From assembly GCA_047967505.1 (NCBI GenBank), contig CM106538.1: a stretch of 64,000 bases of DNA; one strand, written 5' to 3'. The notes beneath the pieces are model-generated. The model was not told the origin of the DNA, searched no databases, and saw only the letters and a program-made list of their open reading frames with translations. Of the stretch, positions 47,500 through 60,070 are shown piece after piece. Positions within the stretch are counted from its first letter, which is position 1, and each line of letters begins with the position of its first letter. The translations under genes and the position numbers were made by a program. Source of the DNA: Dipteris shenzhenensis (taxonomy: Eukaryota).

Positions 47500-50281
47500 A
47501 AATAAAGTGTTCTGACAACATGGATTACCGAAATCCATGGTACCAGACAGGGATATGAGTTTTACTAGTTAGTCTTGAATAGCTGTATTTCGCACAGGTA
47601 GGACTAAGTTACGAATTAGTAATAGGGATCATCTTGAAATGGATGGTCAGATGGAAAGCGTCAACCAAACTTTGGATTAAGGCAAGGTTCTTGGAACAAG
47701 TGGTTGAAATTACTAGAATTTGTCTATGATGATAGAAAGCACTCGTCCGTAGGAATGAGTCCAATTATGGATTTAGACTTGCTAATTTTCACGGGGACAT
47801 GAATTTCTAGTTTTAGGAATTCACGGTGGCTACTGATTACATATGTAAAGGACATTTCAGTGCAATTAATTCCATGGGCCAAGGCCAAGGATCTGAGGGT
47901 TAAAAGTCCAGTGACTTGCACGGCAAGCAAGGGCAACTATTATTGGCTCAAGTGGATTGGGGGCTAAGTCAGGGCTGGCTGAGCTTTCTCTCATATCACA
48001 ATCTCATATTTCTTGCTTCCCACCTATCCACGCACCTTTCGGGAGAGATCTACCAAGTCTAGGACAGCAAAATCGCACTTCCTAGAGGCTGCTACAGGAA
48101 ATCGCAATTCATCAAAGCGGTTCCGCGAGCTGGTTTATCAAATCACAATTCATCTGGGTGCTGCCAGGGCATGCGTTTCTAGTTTGTGCACTGATTCAGG
48201 CTGTTTTCCGCTTCCAGACACTGCTCTGGCTTTTCACGGACTGTTCCAGCCAATTTCGCAACCTCCAGGAACTCCCCAGCCTATTCTGGAATTTGCAATT
48301 TGCCAGAGAGCTCTTCTAGCAAATCACTTTTAGTTTTGACCTGGGCTGTTCCGGTGATCTCAAGCACTCCGCTTTCAAGTTTCCTCATCTACCGGGCCAT
48401 CTAAGTGCTTCCACGGTTGGTGAATTTCTCTAGGAGGCTTCCGGACTTGCCGATTCTCTTCCAGCAGGTTTTCCAGGGCTGCTTTTGCTGATTTTGCCCT
48501 GCTAAGGTGCCAAGGAATTTCATTTTTCCATGCTTGCTGATTTTCCCAAGGCTTCCCAAGCTTTCAAATCGGTTGATTGCTTTCCGGGAGCTTTCCTACT
48601 GCTTTAGATCCTTTTTCTTTGCGCAGCTAGCCTTTCTGTTTGCCAGGAACAGCCAAGTGTGGTTGTTTTGCTGGCCTCTGTCTTGCTAGGACCCCCTTAA
48701 CGGGTATTTAGATCTACCAAGGCAGATTGGGCTGATTTGTCTCCTGCCAAGACTCCTCCAATGGATATCAGAGCTGCCAAGTTAGAACCCTCAGCTAGAT
48801 TCAGAAGAAGGGCTGCTGTGGAATGTTACACTGGACTGGGATGCCTTTTCTATGATTGCATAGCAGGACGGAAGCGCCTGTCAATGGATTATTCAGTTGC
48901 CTGTCTGTGGGCTAATGCACTGCGGTGCTTTCTTGTATTTGATTGCCTTCTAAATAAAAGATGAAGAAATACCGAAAGGGGCACTAAGTTTAGGGCCAAT
49001 CTTCTGTCTAGTGCAAGACAAGGGCGATCTAGCTCGCGGGTGTTGTGTTCTAAGTTGATTTGGGTTGCTGTGGGAAGTTCTAAGAGGCTGTAAATTAAGT
49101 ATTTGCTGGTTGTTATCTATTCACTATCCTTTGGAGATCCCGAAGGCCAGTTACAGTGGTTCTGTTGCCGGGACATCGCCATCTTCTTCAAGAGGGTGAG
49201 CCCGTGGTTCTGTTTGGGTCAAGACAACGAAACTGGTTGTTGTAATAAATTTGCAGCCAAGAGAATTTTTCAGCCATGGCACATAGCACGGATGCTGAGG
49301 AGAAATCGCAGTCTTTGGATTATACTGAATGGTGGGAGGAAGATGATGAACACCCTGTTCGGAACATGCCACTAAGGGTTCTCGTCATGAAGATGAAGAG
49401 GTTGAGGAGCCAAATGCGGATGAACAGTTCAGAGCACAGTTGCAGGGAACCGCTCAGACTTTTGCACAGTTGATGCAGGATCCACGCTCTGCAGAATTGG
49501 TGAATGCACCTTTGAAGCCTAAGAAGAAGAAGAAGAAGAAGAAGAAGCCTCCGTAAGCTGGCATAATGCCTCCTGCATTAGGTATGGGTGGAAATCCCCA
49601 GAGCTTTCCATCTTACGATTCGGGACATCAGATTTTTCCTCCATCTTCTATGCCCACAGGTTAATTCGGATGAGGTTCAGTGTTTCAGACGATGGTCGGA
49701 CAGCCTAAGCAAGGCATGGGGATGCCTGGAAATTTCCCTTATGGATTTCAGCCTGGCATGCAAGGCTATCAGGGACAGATGTTCGGAGGTATGCCAACTA
49801 TGATGCCCAACATGATGTATAGAAACATTGCGATGCAGCCAGGGAAGCAGAATGCTATGCCCGGTATGATGGGGAATTTTTCGGGAATGCCTAGAATGAA
49901 CATAATGGGACTAGGAATGGTCAATCCCATTGTGATAGTGGACAGGGTGTCACAAATCTTGGCAACATGATGCAGCCTCCGTATTTACAGCCACCTGCCT
50001 ATGATAATCTCACACCCAAGGGAAAGCAGAAAGAGTATAAAGAGGATGGTTCAGTGTGAAATTTGACACTTTTAATGGGAGCCAAGATTGGTTGAAATCT
50101 CTCACCTTTATTCAGTAGTTTGATGGAGCATAATCAGGTGGGAACTTTACCGAATCGTCCAAAATTCGAAAAGCCACCATTTTCTTGAAGGGAAACGCTT
50201 TGCAATGGTGGACAAATCTTCTTTTGCAAGGGAGAGCACCCACCACATGGGTGGTCTTTTCAGCTGCGTGGTTGACCACCA

Positions 50282-51414
50282 CATATACCTAGATGAATCC
50301 AGGAACATTCCCAAACTCATCCTCTAAAAACACAACATAGTGCAGTTTCAATCTCATGATAGTCACTCACAAGGTTGAAAACCATAAACTCCATCATGCA
50401 TAGCAGGGACTAGCTACTATGACATCCCCACTAACGTCATCAGCGCCCAATACTGGGTGTAGAGCATAGTATAAAAATATGCTCTCACACATACAAATCC
50501 ACACACCCACACATACTTGAGCATCCATTTATACAAAGTCTTCGTACTGAGTTTCTGTCGGCACTCCGGAGGTGAAGGGCAGACTCACCCATGACGAAGG
50601 CTAGCACTAAAGGAGAAGGCTAATCAAAAGGTAGTCCAAAATCTCTTCATTCAAGCTACAACTGCTTGTGAAGTCTATAAACGTTTTCATTTTAGTCTCT
50701 CCCCAATGAGCATCTAAATCTAAATCTAGCTGATAGGGCAATGCACCATTTACGATAGAAAGAATTATCACAATACCAGCAAGCCGCAACTTGGACGAAA
50801 ACTTCACAAGGTGAAATTTGCATGTCCGCTAATACGGCAGAAGCATATACCTAGATGAATCCAGGAACATTCCCAAACTCATCCTCTAAAAACACAACAT
50901 AGTGCAGTTTCAATCTCATGATAGTCACTCACAAGGTTGAAAACCATAAACTCCATCATGCATAGCAAGGACTAGCTACTATGGCATCCCCACTGACGTC
51001 ATCAGCGCCCAACAGTGAGTGTAGACCATGGTATAAAAATATGCTCTCACACATACAAATCCACACACCCACACATACTTGAGCATCCATTTATACAAAG
51101 TCTTCGTACTGAGTTTCTGGCGGCACTCCGGAGGTGAAGGGCAGACTCAGCCATGACAAAGGCTAGCACTAAAGGAGAAGGCTAATCAAAAGGTAGTCCA
51201 AAATCTCTTCATTCAAGCTACAACTGCTTGTGAAGTCTATAAACGTTTTCATTTTAGTCTCTCCCCAACGAGCATCTAAATCTAAATCTAGCTAATAAGG
51301 CAATGCACCATTTAAGATGGAAAGAATTATCACAATACCAGCAGTCCGCGACTTGGACGAAAACTTCACAAGGTGAAATTTGCATGCCGCAACTTGGACG
51401 AAAAATTCACAAGG
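50282..51414. repeat. 562-bp tandem dimer inserted in Gypsy gag
   Basis: CATATACCTAGATGAATCCAGG starts at 50282 and 50844; the copies are near-identical; a ~40-bp duplication sits at the right end. Confidence 0.9.
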
Positions 51415-51755
51415 TCAAAGTTGACATCATGACGGCTTGGCATAAGTTGGATGCAGAGAATTGCCGTAATTTAGAGAAATATAACAAGAAATTTTGGGAA
51501 GCCCTGTTGCTAGTTAGTTCCTATCGTCATGTTCCATTGTCTGAGCAAGTAGAGAAATATTGTTGTGGATTGCCAAAGGAAATTTGAGACTTCTATACTA
51601 AGTCCAAGGTTTCTCATATGTCGAAGTCGATCGAGAATGCCAATACAGCTTATGCTTTGCTACAGGGCGGGACCACTGATTTTAAGGGCAGCAATAGAGA
51701 AGAATTCAAAAGGAAAAAAGAGTTCAAAAGAAAGGAGGACTTCAAAAAGAAAGAT

Positions 51756-53170
51756 TTGGTAGAGTCTCGAGAGCTACTTTGGTTGTGGGACAGCGGCGTG
51801 TATAAACACTGAAGACGAAAGATAGCTGAAGAAGAAATATATATCACCAAAGGAACTCAATACAAAAGAAGAGATATCTGCGAAAGAAACTGTGGAGGGA
51901 GCGAACAGCAGTCCTCCAGAGCAGTCAACTGAAGTCGGCTCTGCACTAGCTCCACAAGTGGGAACTGAACTAGATCTGTTGCCAGAAGAGCAAAGGTTTG
52001 CTACAGATCTGCAAAGAAGGGCAGCAACAATAGAGGAGTAAGTTGATGCTGATCTGGAGCAGCTACAGGAGAGGATGATGGAGTGGAAGCAGAGGAGGCA
52101 GAGAAGTTGGAGAGGATGCAAGAGCAGAGGTAGAGGAGGCAGAGATGCTGGAGAGGATGCAGGAGCAGAGGCAGAGGAGGCAGAGATGCTGGAGCGCAGG
52201 TGTGCAGCAGCCTGTTCCAAAAGTGATGTGGTAGCCAGGGGGCTACTGCCTTTTATAGGCCTGACCCAAGAGGTCGGCCAGCTGGTCGGCCAGCTCCAGG
52301 TCGGCTAGTTCTGGTCGGCCAATTCTGGTCGGCCACTTCTGGTCGGCCAGTAATGGTTGGCCATTTTTGGCCTTTCTGGCCACTTGTTTGGTCCTGGCTT
52401 CTGCGTTTGGAGATTCCTGGCTTAACACCCCCTCTCAATGTCCAAGGTAGAATGGTTCCAAGGGTAATCAAAAAATGGTTCCAGGGGTGATCTATCTTCT
52501 TCATCTGCCTTTTTTTTTTTTTAATAAATGAATAAAGTGGTAAGAGGGTTTTCATTTAGATGGAGATGCCTACAAAGTAGGTTTTCATCTTCGCTAAATG
52601 CCCAGTAGTGATGGTACAATCATAGAGTACAGAAAGAGAGGTGCTTAAGGAGTGCCCTCGCAGGGGATTTGTTCACTTCCTTTAAGCACTAGTATACAAA
52701 AAAAATACTGCTAAGGAGAAGGAGGCGGTACACCAATCCCAAGCCGTGGGCTAAGATGCTCAAGAATAGGTCGGTTACCCGGCTTGGTAAGAATGTCATC
52801 ATGATTATCGGCAGCTGGAACATATATCAATCGAATAGTACCCAATTCCACTTGCTCGCGAGTACAATGAAAGTGTACGCCAACATGTTTGGTGCGGTTG
52901 GAGAAAATGGGATTGCCGGTGAGAGCGATGGCACTTTTGTTGTCGACGTAGAGGACCGTTGGTTCAGTACAAGGAAAGTGTAGCTCTGCCAGAAACTGCC
53001 GGAGATATATGGCCTCTGTGGTACAATCATACAAGGCACGGTATTCAGCCTCAGTAGAAGATCCAGCAACAGTTTCTTGTTTACGGCTGAACCAAGAAAC
53101 AGGTGCCGAACGAGAAAATGTAGCCGCCATGAGAACGGCGATTGTCCGAGTCACCAGCCCAGTCGAAATC
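51756..53170 (-). mobile_element. 3' fragment of a Copia (RNase H, PPT, 3' LTR ~51756..52427) in inverse orientation inside the Gypsy
   Basis: ORF 52711..53154 reads PVSWFSRKQETVAGSSTEAEY...RTKHVGVHFH...DILTK; PPT GAGAGGGGG precedes TGTTAAG at 52427. Confidence 0.8.
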
Positions 53171-56100
53171 AGTGTATCCCTGTAGTGTTAGATGGAGTTG
53201 GGATGGATCCGGCGAAGGTTGAAGCGATCAAAAATTGGCCACCACTCAAGAACATCCACGAAGTACGGAGCTTTCTTGGGTTGTGCTTGTACTATAGGAG
53301 TTTTATTCGTTACCTTGTTGAGAATGCTTCACCTCTGCATGCTTTGCAAAAGAAGGGAGTATCTTTTCGTTGGGCTTCCAAAGAAATTGCAGCTTTTGAA
53401 GAGCCGAAAGAAAAGTTGTGTTCTGACCCCATCCTAATCTTGCCAAATTTGAGAAAGCCTTTCGTTGTCCAGTGTGATGCATGCGGCAACAACATTGCAG
53501 GAGTTCTTATGCAGGATGGAAGGTTCGTTGCTTATGAGAGCAGGGTGTTGCAGCCCACAAAGATGAATTTTCATATTTATGACAAGGAGATGCTTGCTGT
53601 AATTCATGCTCTCAAACAGTGGAAGCACTATGTGGTGGGTGCTGATTTTTATGTTTAGATGGATCATTCTTTGCTGAGGTATTTTCTCACACAGAGAAAA
53701 TTATATGAGAAGCATATGCGCGAGGCCAACTTTCTGTCTATGTTTCATTTTCAGATTGTGCGTGTTCCTGGGAACAAGAATGTTGTTGCAAATGCACTCT
53801 CTAGAAGGCCAATGCCGGATGCGGTATCCAAGAAACCACAAGTTTCTGTTGTTTCTATTGCCTATCATGATGAATTGGATGCCATGAAAGAGCAATACGC
53901 TTCAGATGATGACTTTGCACGGGTATATGATCAGTTGTCTGAGGGACAGAGGAATGATCATTATGCTCTTCGAGATGGTTTTCTGTTGATGCATGGCCAT
54001 TTGAGTGTCACATAGTAGTTGAGGGCCAAGGTAATGGCTGAAAGTCATATTCCACCTTATGCAGGACACAAAATGTGAATTATGACAAGCAGAAAACCCC
54101 TGGACTGTTATAGCCACTCCCCATTTCGAATAGACCGTGGCAAAGCATTGCTATGGATTTCATCTTTGATCATCCTCGTACACCATCAGGTCATGATGGT
54201 ATCTGGACCATTATTTGCACGTTCAGTAAACACGCTCATTTTATTCTGGTGAGGAAGAAAATTTCAGCAGACCAGATGGCAAAGCTTTTCATGTCTCATG
54301 TTTTTAAATACCATGGAATGCCACAATCTATCATTAGTAACAGGGACCTGCGGATAACAAGCTTATCTTAGAGAGGTTTGTTTGAAAATATGGGTACTAC
54401 GCTGAATTTCTCATCCTCATTTCATCCACAACGGGAAATCTAAAGAGGCCAATGGCACTGTCCTTGATCTCTTGAAGTGCATTGTTTCGGATCACAAGGC
54501 AAAATGGGAGCAATACTTGCCACTCATTGAGTTTGCCTACAACAACACGGTTCAGACTTCTACAGGAAAGGCTCCTTTCGAGATTGTAGAAGGATACAAG
54601 AAAGTTCCGCCCATTTTGCACACCAAAGATAAAATCTTTGAAGCTGATAAGTTTGTGGAAAACTTGGATGAGGCTTCCAAGATTCACAATGCGTTCCATG
54701 TGAGTCTTTTGAAACCATTTTAGGGAGATGTGCCAGAGGATATGCCTCCTAAAGATCAGCCTGGAGTTGAAGAATTGGATGAAATTTTGGTTCTGGAACA
54801 GATTCTAGCACACAAGGAACGCAAGGTAAAAGGTAGAGTTATCCGTCGCTATCTGGTTTAATTCAGAAATTATGTTGATGCGAAGTGGATGGAGGAGACT
54901 GAACTGACAGATTCACCTCACTTGTTGCAGCTCTACCTAGATACATTTCAGCTTGAGCCGACTTTGGTTGGGGCTCATTCATGCTCAGCAAAGTGAGTGT
55001 CTGGAGCATTGCCTAATGCTCAAGAGGGGGGTAGCCCTCCACTCCCTTGGTTCAGACCGTCCGGATATCTAGAGGTACTGTCGGTCTCACCCGAGGTACC
55101 GCTTGCTAACGGTATATCTACTGATAGACTTCTGGATCAGTGTACCAATCACTGTCAGTTTCTCTTTGTATATTTGAAATGGCTGGTTATCTCGAGCTCT
55201 ACCGAGCCATCCCTTGTATATATTTTCTGATTTTTCTATGCTGTTTATGCATTTCTGATGTTTCAAGCACATTTCTGATTTTTCTATGCTGCTAATGCAT
55301 TTCTGACATTTCAAGCACATATCTGAACAGGTACTTGTAATCTTGGCAGAGTCTGCCACTCAGTATTTTCATTTTTCTGATTTTTGTACTTGCTGTTTTG
55401 AATCAGCAAATGAGGACATTTGCTGTGTTTCAAGAGGGGGCTCTGTCATGGGGACTGACCTGGCCTCGAACTGATTAAATCTGTAAAGGATACTTCAGTG
55501 CAATTAATTCCATGGGCCAAGGCAAAGGATATGAGGGTTAGAGAGGGGTAAAAATCCAGTGACTTGCAGGGCAAGCAAGGGCAGCTATTCTTGGCTCAAG
55601 TGGATTGGGGGCTAAGTCAGGGCTGGTTGAGCTTTCTCTCAGATCAGAATCTCGTTTTTATTGCTTCCCATCTATCCACACACCTTCCGGGAGCTAGTTT
55701 GTCAAGTCTGCCATCACCCAGGAGCCTTGCCAGGTCTAGGACAGCAAAATCGCAATTCCTAGAGGCTGCTACAGGAAATCGCCAATTCTCATCAGAGCTG
55801 TTGCGGGAGCTGGTTTATCAAATCGCAATTCATCTAGGTGCTGCTAGGGCATGCGTTTCCAGTTTGTGCACTGATTCCAGCTGTTTCCCGCTTCAAGACA
55901 AGGCAATTCACTGCTCTAGGTGTTCACGGGCTGTTCCAGCCAATTTCACAATCTGCAGGAGCTCCCCAGCCTATTCTGGGATTTCGCAATTTGCTAGAGA
56001 GCTCTTTTGGCAAATCGCTTTTAGTTTTGACCTGGGCTGTTTCGATGATCTCCAGCACTCCGCTTTCAGGTTTCCTCATCTGCCAAGCCATCCAGGTGCT

Positions 56101-58249
56101 TCCAGGGTTGGCGAATTTCTCCCGGAGGCTTTCGGACTTGCCGATTCTCTTCCAGCAAGCTTTCCAGGGCTGCTTTTGCTGATTTTGCCCTGCCAGGGAA
56201 TTTCGTTTTTCCATGCTTGCTGATTTTCCCAAGGTTTCCCGAGGTTTCCAATCGATTGATTGCTTTCCGGGAGCTTTCATACTACTTCAGAACCTTCAGA
56301 TCCTCTTGCTTTGCGCAGCTGGCCTTCTATTTGCCAGCAACAGCCAGGTGTGGTTGTTTTGCTGGCCTCTGTCTTGCTAGGACTCCCTTCAGAGCTACCA
56401 AGGCATATTGGGCTGATTTCTCTCTTGCCAGGACTCCCCTAGTGGGTACTAGAGCTGCCAGGTTCGAACCCTCAACCAGATTCGAAAGAAGGACCGTTAT
56501 GGAATGTTGCACTGGACTAGGATGCCTTGTATGTAATTGCATAGTAGGACGGAAGTGCCTGTGAACAGATTATTCAATTTGATGTATGTGGGCTGATGCT
56601 TTCTTGTATTTGAATGCCTTCTGAATAAAAGATAAAGAAATACTGAAAGGGGCACTAAGTTTAGGGCCAATCTGGTGTCCAGTGCAAGACAGGGGCGATC
56701 GAGCTCTCGGGTGTTGTGTTCTAAGTTGATTTGGTTTGTTGTGGAAAGTTCCAAGTGGCTGTAAATTGGGTATTTGCTGGTTGTTATCTGTTCACTGCCC
56801 TGTGGAGATCCCGAAGGCTAGTTACACTAATCCAAGTACAGTGGGGGTTTCACAAAAGGTACCTAGTGCCACAAATCATATAATCCAGATATGCAGAGGA
56901 TGTTGGAACTGGCAAAATCGAGCATCTGCCAAGCTATGGGTAGAGCTAAGACATGCAAATCAGAAAATATCTTTTAGAGGATTTAAAGCAGGAGAAAATT
57001 TCTTTCTCAAGATTCCTCACACACTAAGTCCTTAGCTACTAGAGAATGCATGAGGTTATCACCTTGATATCGTGGGCCGTGGTTAATTCTAAAGAGAATA
57101 GGTGATGTTGCAGTTACCACAAGGTTGTAAAGTGCATGGAGTGTTTCATGCGTCTTTGTTAAAATGATTTGCAAGCGACTAATTTACTAATTGATGAAAT
57201 TGTTATGTTACAAAAACTAGACAAAATTGGAGCATGCAATCCAACAAGAATCCTAGACCGAGGAGAAATTGCTGTTTGGAACCAGAAGATACCTACGGTA
57301 ATGATTGCTTGGCATTGTCTTCCTCTATTTGAGGCTACTTGGGAATCTATTTACCAAATGCGGAGAGGATTCCCACATTTCAGCATCGAGGACACTAATG
57401 CTTGAAGAGGAACGGAATGTCATGTTCCAATCAGAATGTGGCATGACCTCAAATGGGTCAGTGACAAAAAGTCCTTAGAGAGACCAATGTAATGTATATA
57501 AATGTAAATAGATGGTTGTTTTGATATGTTACAAGGAATGGTCAAGGATTTAGCTGTTGAGGTCTTCGATGATTGGGGTCCGCCGACAAGAATGCTCTGA
57601 GGCTGCCATACATAGAAAATGAGTTAGTTCATTAGCCATGCTCCTAGGGGCAAGTGCCTAGGAGCAAAGATGAGGTTAGCAAACTAGAATGAACAAAGAG
57701 GTTTAATTGAATATGCATGGGAGGAGGTTTTCAACGTTAGCCAGTGGCTAAAGTTAGTAAGGATCTTCTAGGGACATGGGGGCATAAGCTTACACGCTAT
57801 GATTGAATATGTGCTTGTTTGTGTGATATTCTCTCACTCAAGCTGGGCGATTTGGAACACAGTAGAGGTGTGAGGTTTGTGCAATTGGTTGGGTGGAGAA
57901 AACTCGTACACACATGAGGAGTTCAGCCAAAGAGGGAGAACTTGATCATACCACTCCCCCCCCCCCCAACTTTGGAAGTCTGGATCCAGGCTGATGGTCA
58001 TTTTGGGCTGTTTTACAAACCCATGTTTGGTTTGTGATACACCCAAGCAAGGCCCTGGTCTACATAAGGGTCCGCTGGTCCCTTCTCTTTGTCTTGGATA
58101 TACAATGATGGCTGAGGGTGTCATTTGCTGAAATAGCCTGTCCCTTGCTATTGTAGCCTCTCTTGTGTTTTCTATCTTGCTCCCTATGGCTGCCTCCGGC
58201 CCATGTCAGACCTAGGAGCATGTCCATGGGCTGAAGCATGCCCATGACA

Positions 58250-58870
58250 TCCCCTACTGCTAAAGTTTAAATAGAGTTCAGGTCTGCAAAAACCTCCTTG
58301 AAAATTGGAGACTGCTCTGCAAGGACGGACATCTAAATGGTTGACCAATGGTGGCAGCTACCAACAGGTTGGGCCACCGAATCCTGTTCTATGATTTCAT
58401 GGCAGCCATCAAAGATTGCCCTACCAGAGGGGAAAAAACCAGATCCTAGGTCATGAAAAGACCAGCTACTAACTTTGGTTGAAAAAGTGTGGAAATCATC
58501 ATAAGAACCTTGGATTTGCCTCCTAAATCACTGACTGTACTGATCCAATCATGCCAATTCAATAGGGCATTATAGTCTAAAAGCCATGATGTTCCTAGTA
58601 TAACATATGCTCATCCCAAGCTGGTGACAATAAATGACCGCTCCTTTGCCATCCCACTACTGCAGAGCTCAACATCAAGGGCTACTGTATGAGTTCTAAC
58701 TGGGGCAAAGAGGTACCAAATGCAACTGTGCAACTGTCTCAGATTACATAGTGGAAAGATTGACCTCAGCGACCAGAGCATTATCTATCAAATCCTATGA
58801 ACTACCACCATCAGAGAGAACTATGAGTTTGTGTCCTCAATCTAATGCATAACACACGGATAACTTCAAC
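58250..58870 (-). mobile_element. Degenerate Gypsy protease/linker remnant
   Basis: Minus strand LIVLSDGGSS*DLID (~58790-58830) resembles the D(S/T)G protease motif; IFKEVFAD near 58290. Confidence 0.4.
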
Positions 58871-59943
58871 TGAATGGGATGCCCTAACTAGCCTCCCCTC
58901 TGCAGTGTTTCTACTGCCATTGTGATAGCGACAAGTACACCATGGTGAATACTAGATGAGGATAACACTACTTGTCGTGACCTTGTCCATGGCAGTAATA
59001 GGCAGTAATAATAGAGACGGTCCTTGTCATGCCCCTGATTTTCCTCTGCATTGAGGAAACTACCATAGTTCCTATCTACTGGGGTTGTGCTAGCTGTTGT
59101 TAATGCTAGGCTTACTACTAGGCTTGTGGACTCCTAGTACTTCTTAGTGAGGGGGTTAAAAACTTGCTCATGAGGTTAAAGTTTTAGGTGAGCTCATTTC
59201 TACATCCATATTGGTAGGAGGCGTAAGGGGTATGCTGTAAGAGGCACTTACGGTATGAGACTAGTAAATTCTAGAAGCGTTCGGGGTAGGAATCCAAGCA
59301 AAGATTTCATTCTTCGACACTTTATAGTGTCTTGTTATACGGCTTCGACTACTCACACGTTCATCCTAACGGCATCTACTTTCAAATGCAACACACTGGC
59401 ACCATTCATCAACTGCGTAAGATATGAGTTGGAAAGCTTAAACCATAATCTACATCATGCATAGCATAAATTACATGCTTTGGCAGCCCTTCTAAAGTCA
59501 GCAGTACTAGAAGTAGGTGCACAGCAAACAACGTACTTATTTTAACCACATCTCCTCAGATAATGGGCCAACTCAGCCGTGAGCAGATCCAAACAAATCT
59601 ATTCCTCACATATACCTTCCTATCTTATGAATAAAATTTTTAATAAACCAAGCAAATGAACAAAGTCCTCGCAATCATCAATCACAGCCGCTGCAAATGG
59701 ACACCATATGACACACAGAAACACAAACTCAAAGAAACATACTTTTTGAGTAAGGAGCTTGTCGGGAAAATGCTAGAATGAATCAGCAGAAATCAGAAGC
59801 GGCAACAACTGCAGTACTACAGTAGCTCTTTTTTTATAACCGGCTGGTCACACAAGCTTACACTGATAGAAGTGATCAAGACAGGCCCATAAGCACATTT
59901 GCCTTTCAAGATAGGGGAGACAGGGATGAGACAGGGTGGGCGT

Positions 59944-59944
<1 letters not shown>

Positions 59945-59973
<29 letters not shown>
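59945..59973. repeat. (GA)n/(CT)n microsatellite ~100 bp into intron 1
   Basis: Directly visible. Confidence 0.9.
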
Positions 59974-59978
<5 letters not shown>

Positions 59979-60070
59979 GAGATTCCAGTTCTACTCAAAT
60001 TAATTCACAGAATTAATATATCATTGCCAAATGGGATGGCAAAAAACACAATCTATAAGCTGAGACCAAC

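Larger units (their letters stand above)
47787..56826 (+). mobile_element. Chromodomain-bearing Ty3/Gypsy nested in the older Gypsy; LTRs 47787..49155 and 55444..56826
   Basis: TSD CTAAT (47782-47786, 56827-56831); both LTRs end GATCCCGAAGGC(C/T)AGTTACA; PPT AAGAGGGGG. Gag remnants 49276-51760, RNase H 53180-53900, integrase 54130-54720, chromodomain ~54781-54955. Confidence 0.92.
43450..57950 (+). mobile_element. Old chromovirus-like Ty3/Gypsy, host of two nested insertions; 5' LTR from 43450, truncated 3' LTR from 57418
   Basis: LTR homology between 43450-43960 and 57418-57945; PPT GAAGAGGAACGGAA. Decayed RNase H (ELYAVTYALKAWRHYLYG ~46130), integrase ([13 protein letters not shown] ~46760) and chromodomain-like WHCLPLFEATWE (~57320). 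Integrase reads through across both inserts. Confidence 0.85.

Noticed and set aside
50461-50485. Hairpin AGAGCATA-GTATAAAAA-TATGCTCT as a nanovirus/geminivirus replication origin
   Set aside because: The loop does not match TAGTATTAC/TAATATTAC, the stem is broken in the second copy and no Rep ORF is present; a TATA box is the simpler reading.
55564-56564. ORFs of 114-219 aa in the Gypsy 3' LTR as extra genes
   Set aside because: They lie in LTR sequence, are interrupted at the equivalent positions of the 5' LTR, and show no recognisable domain.
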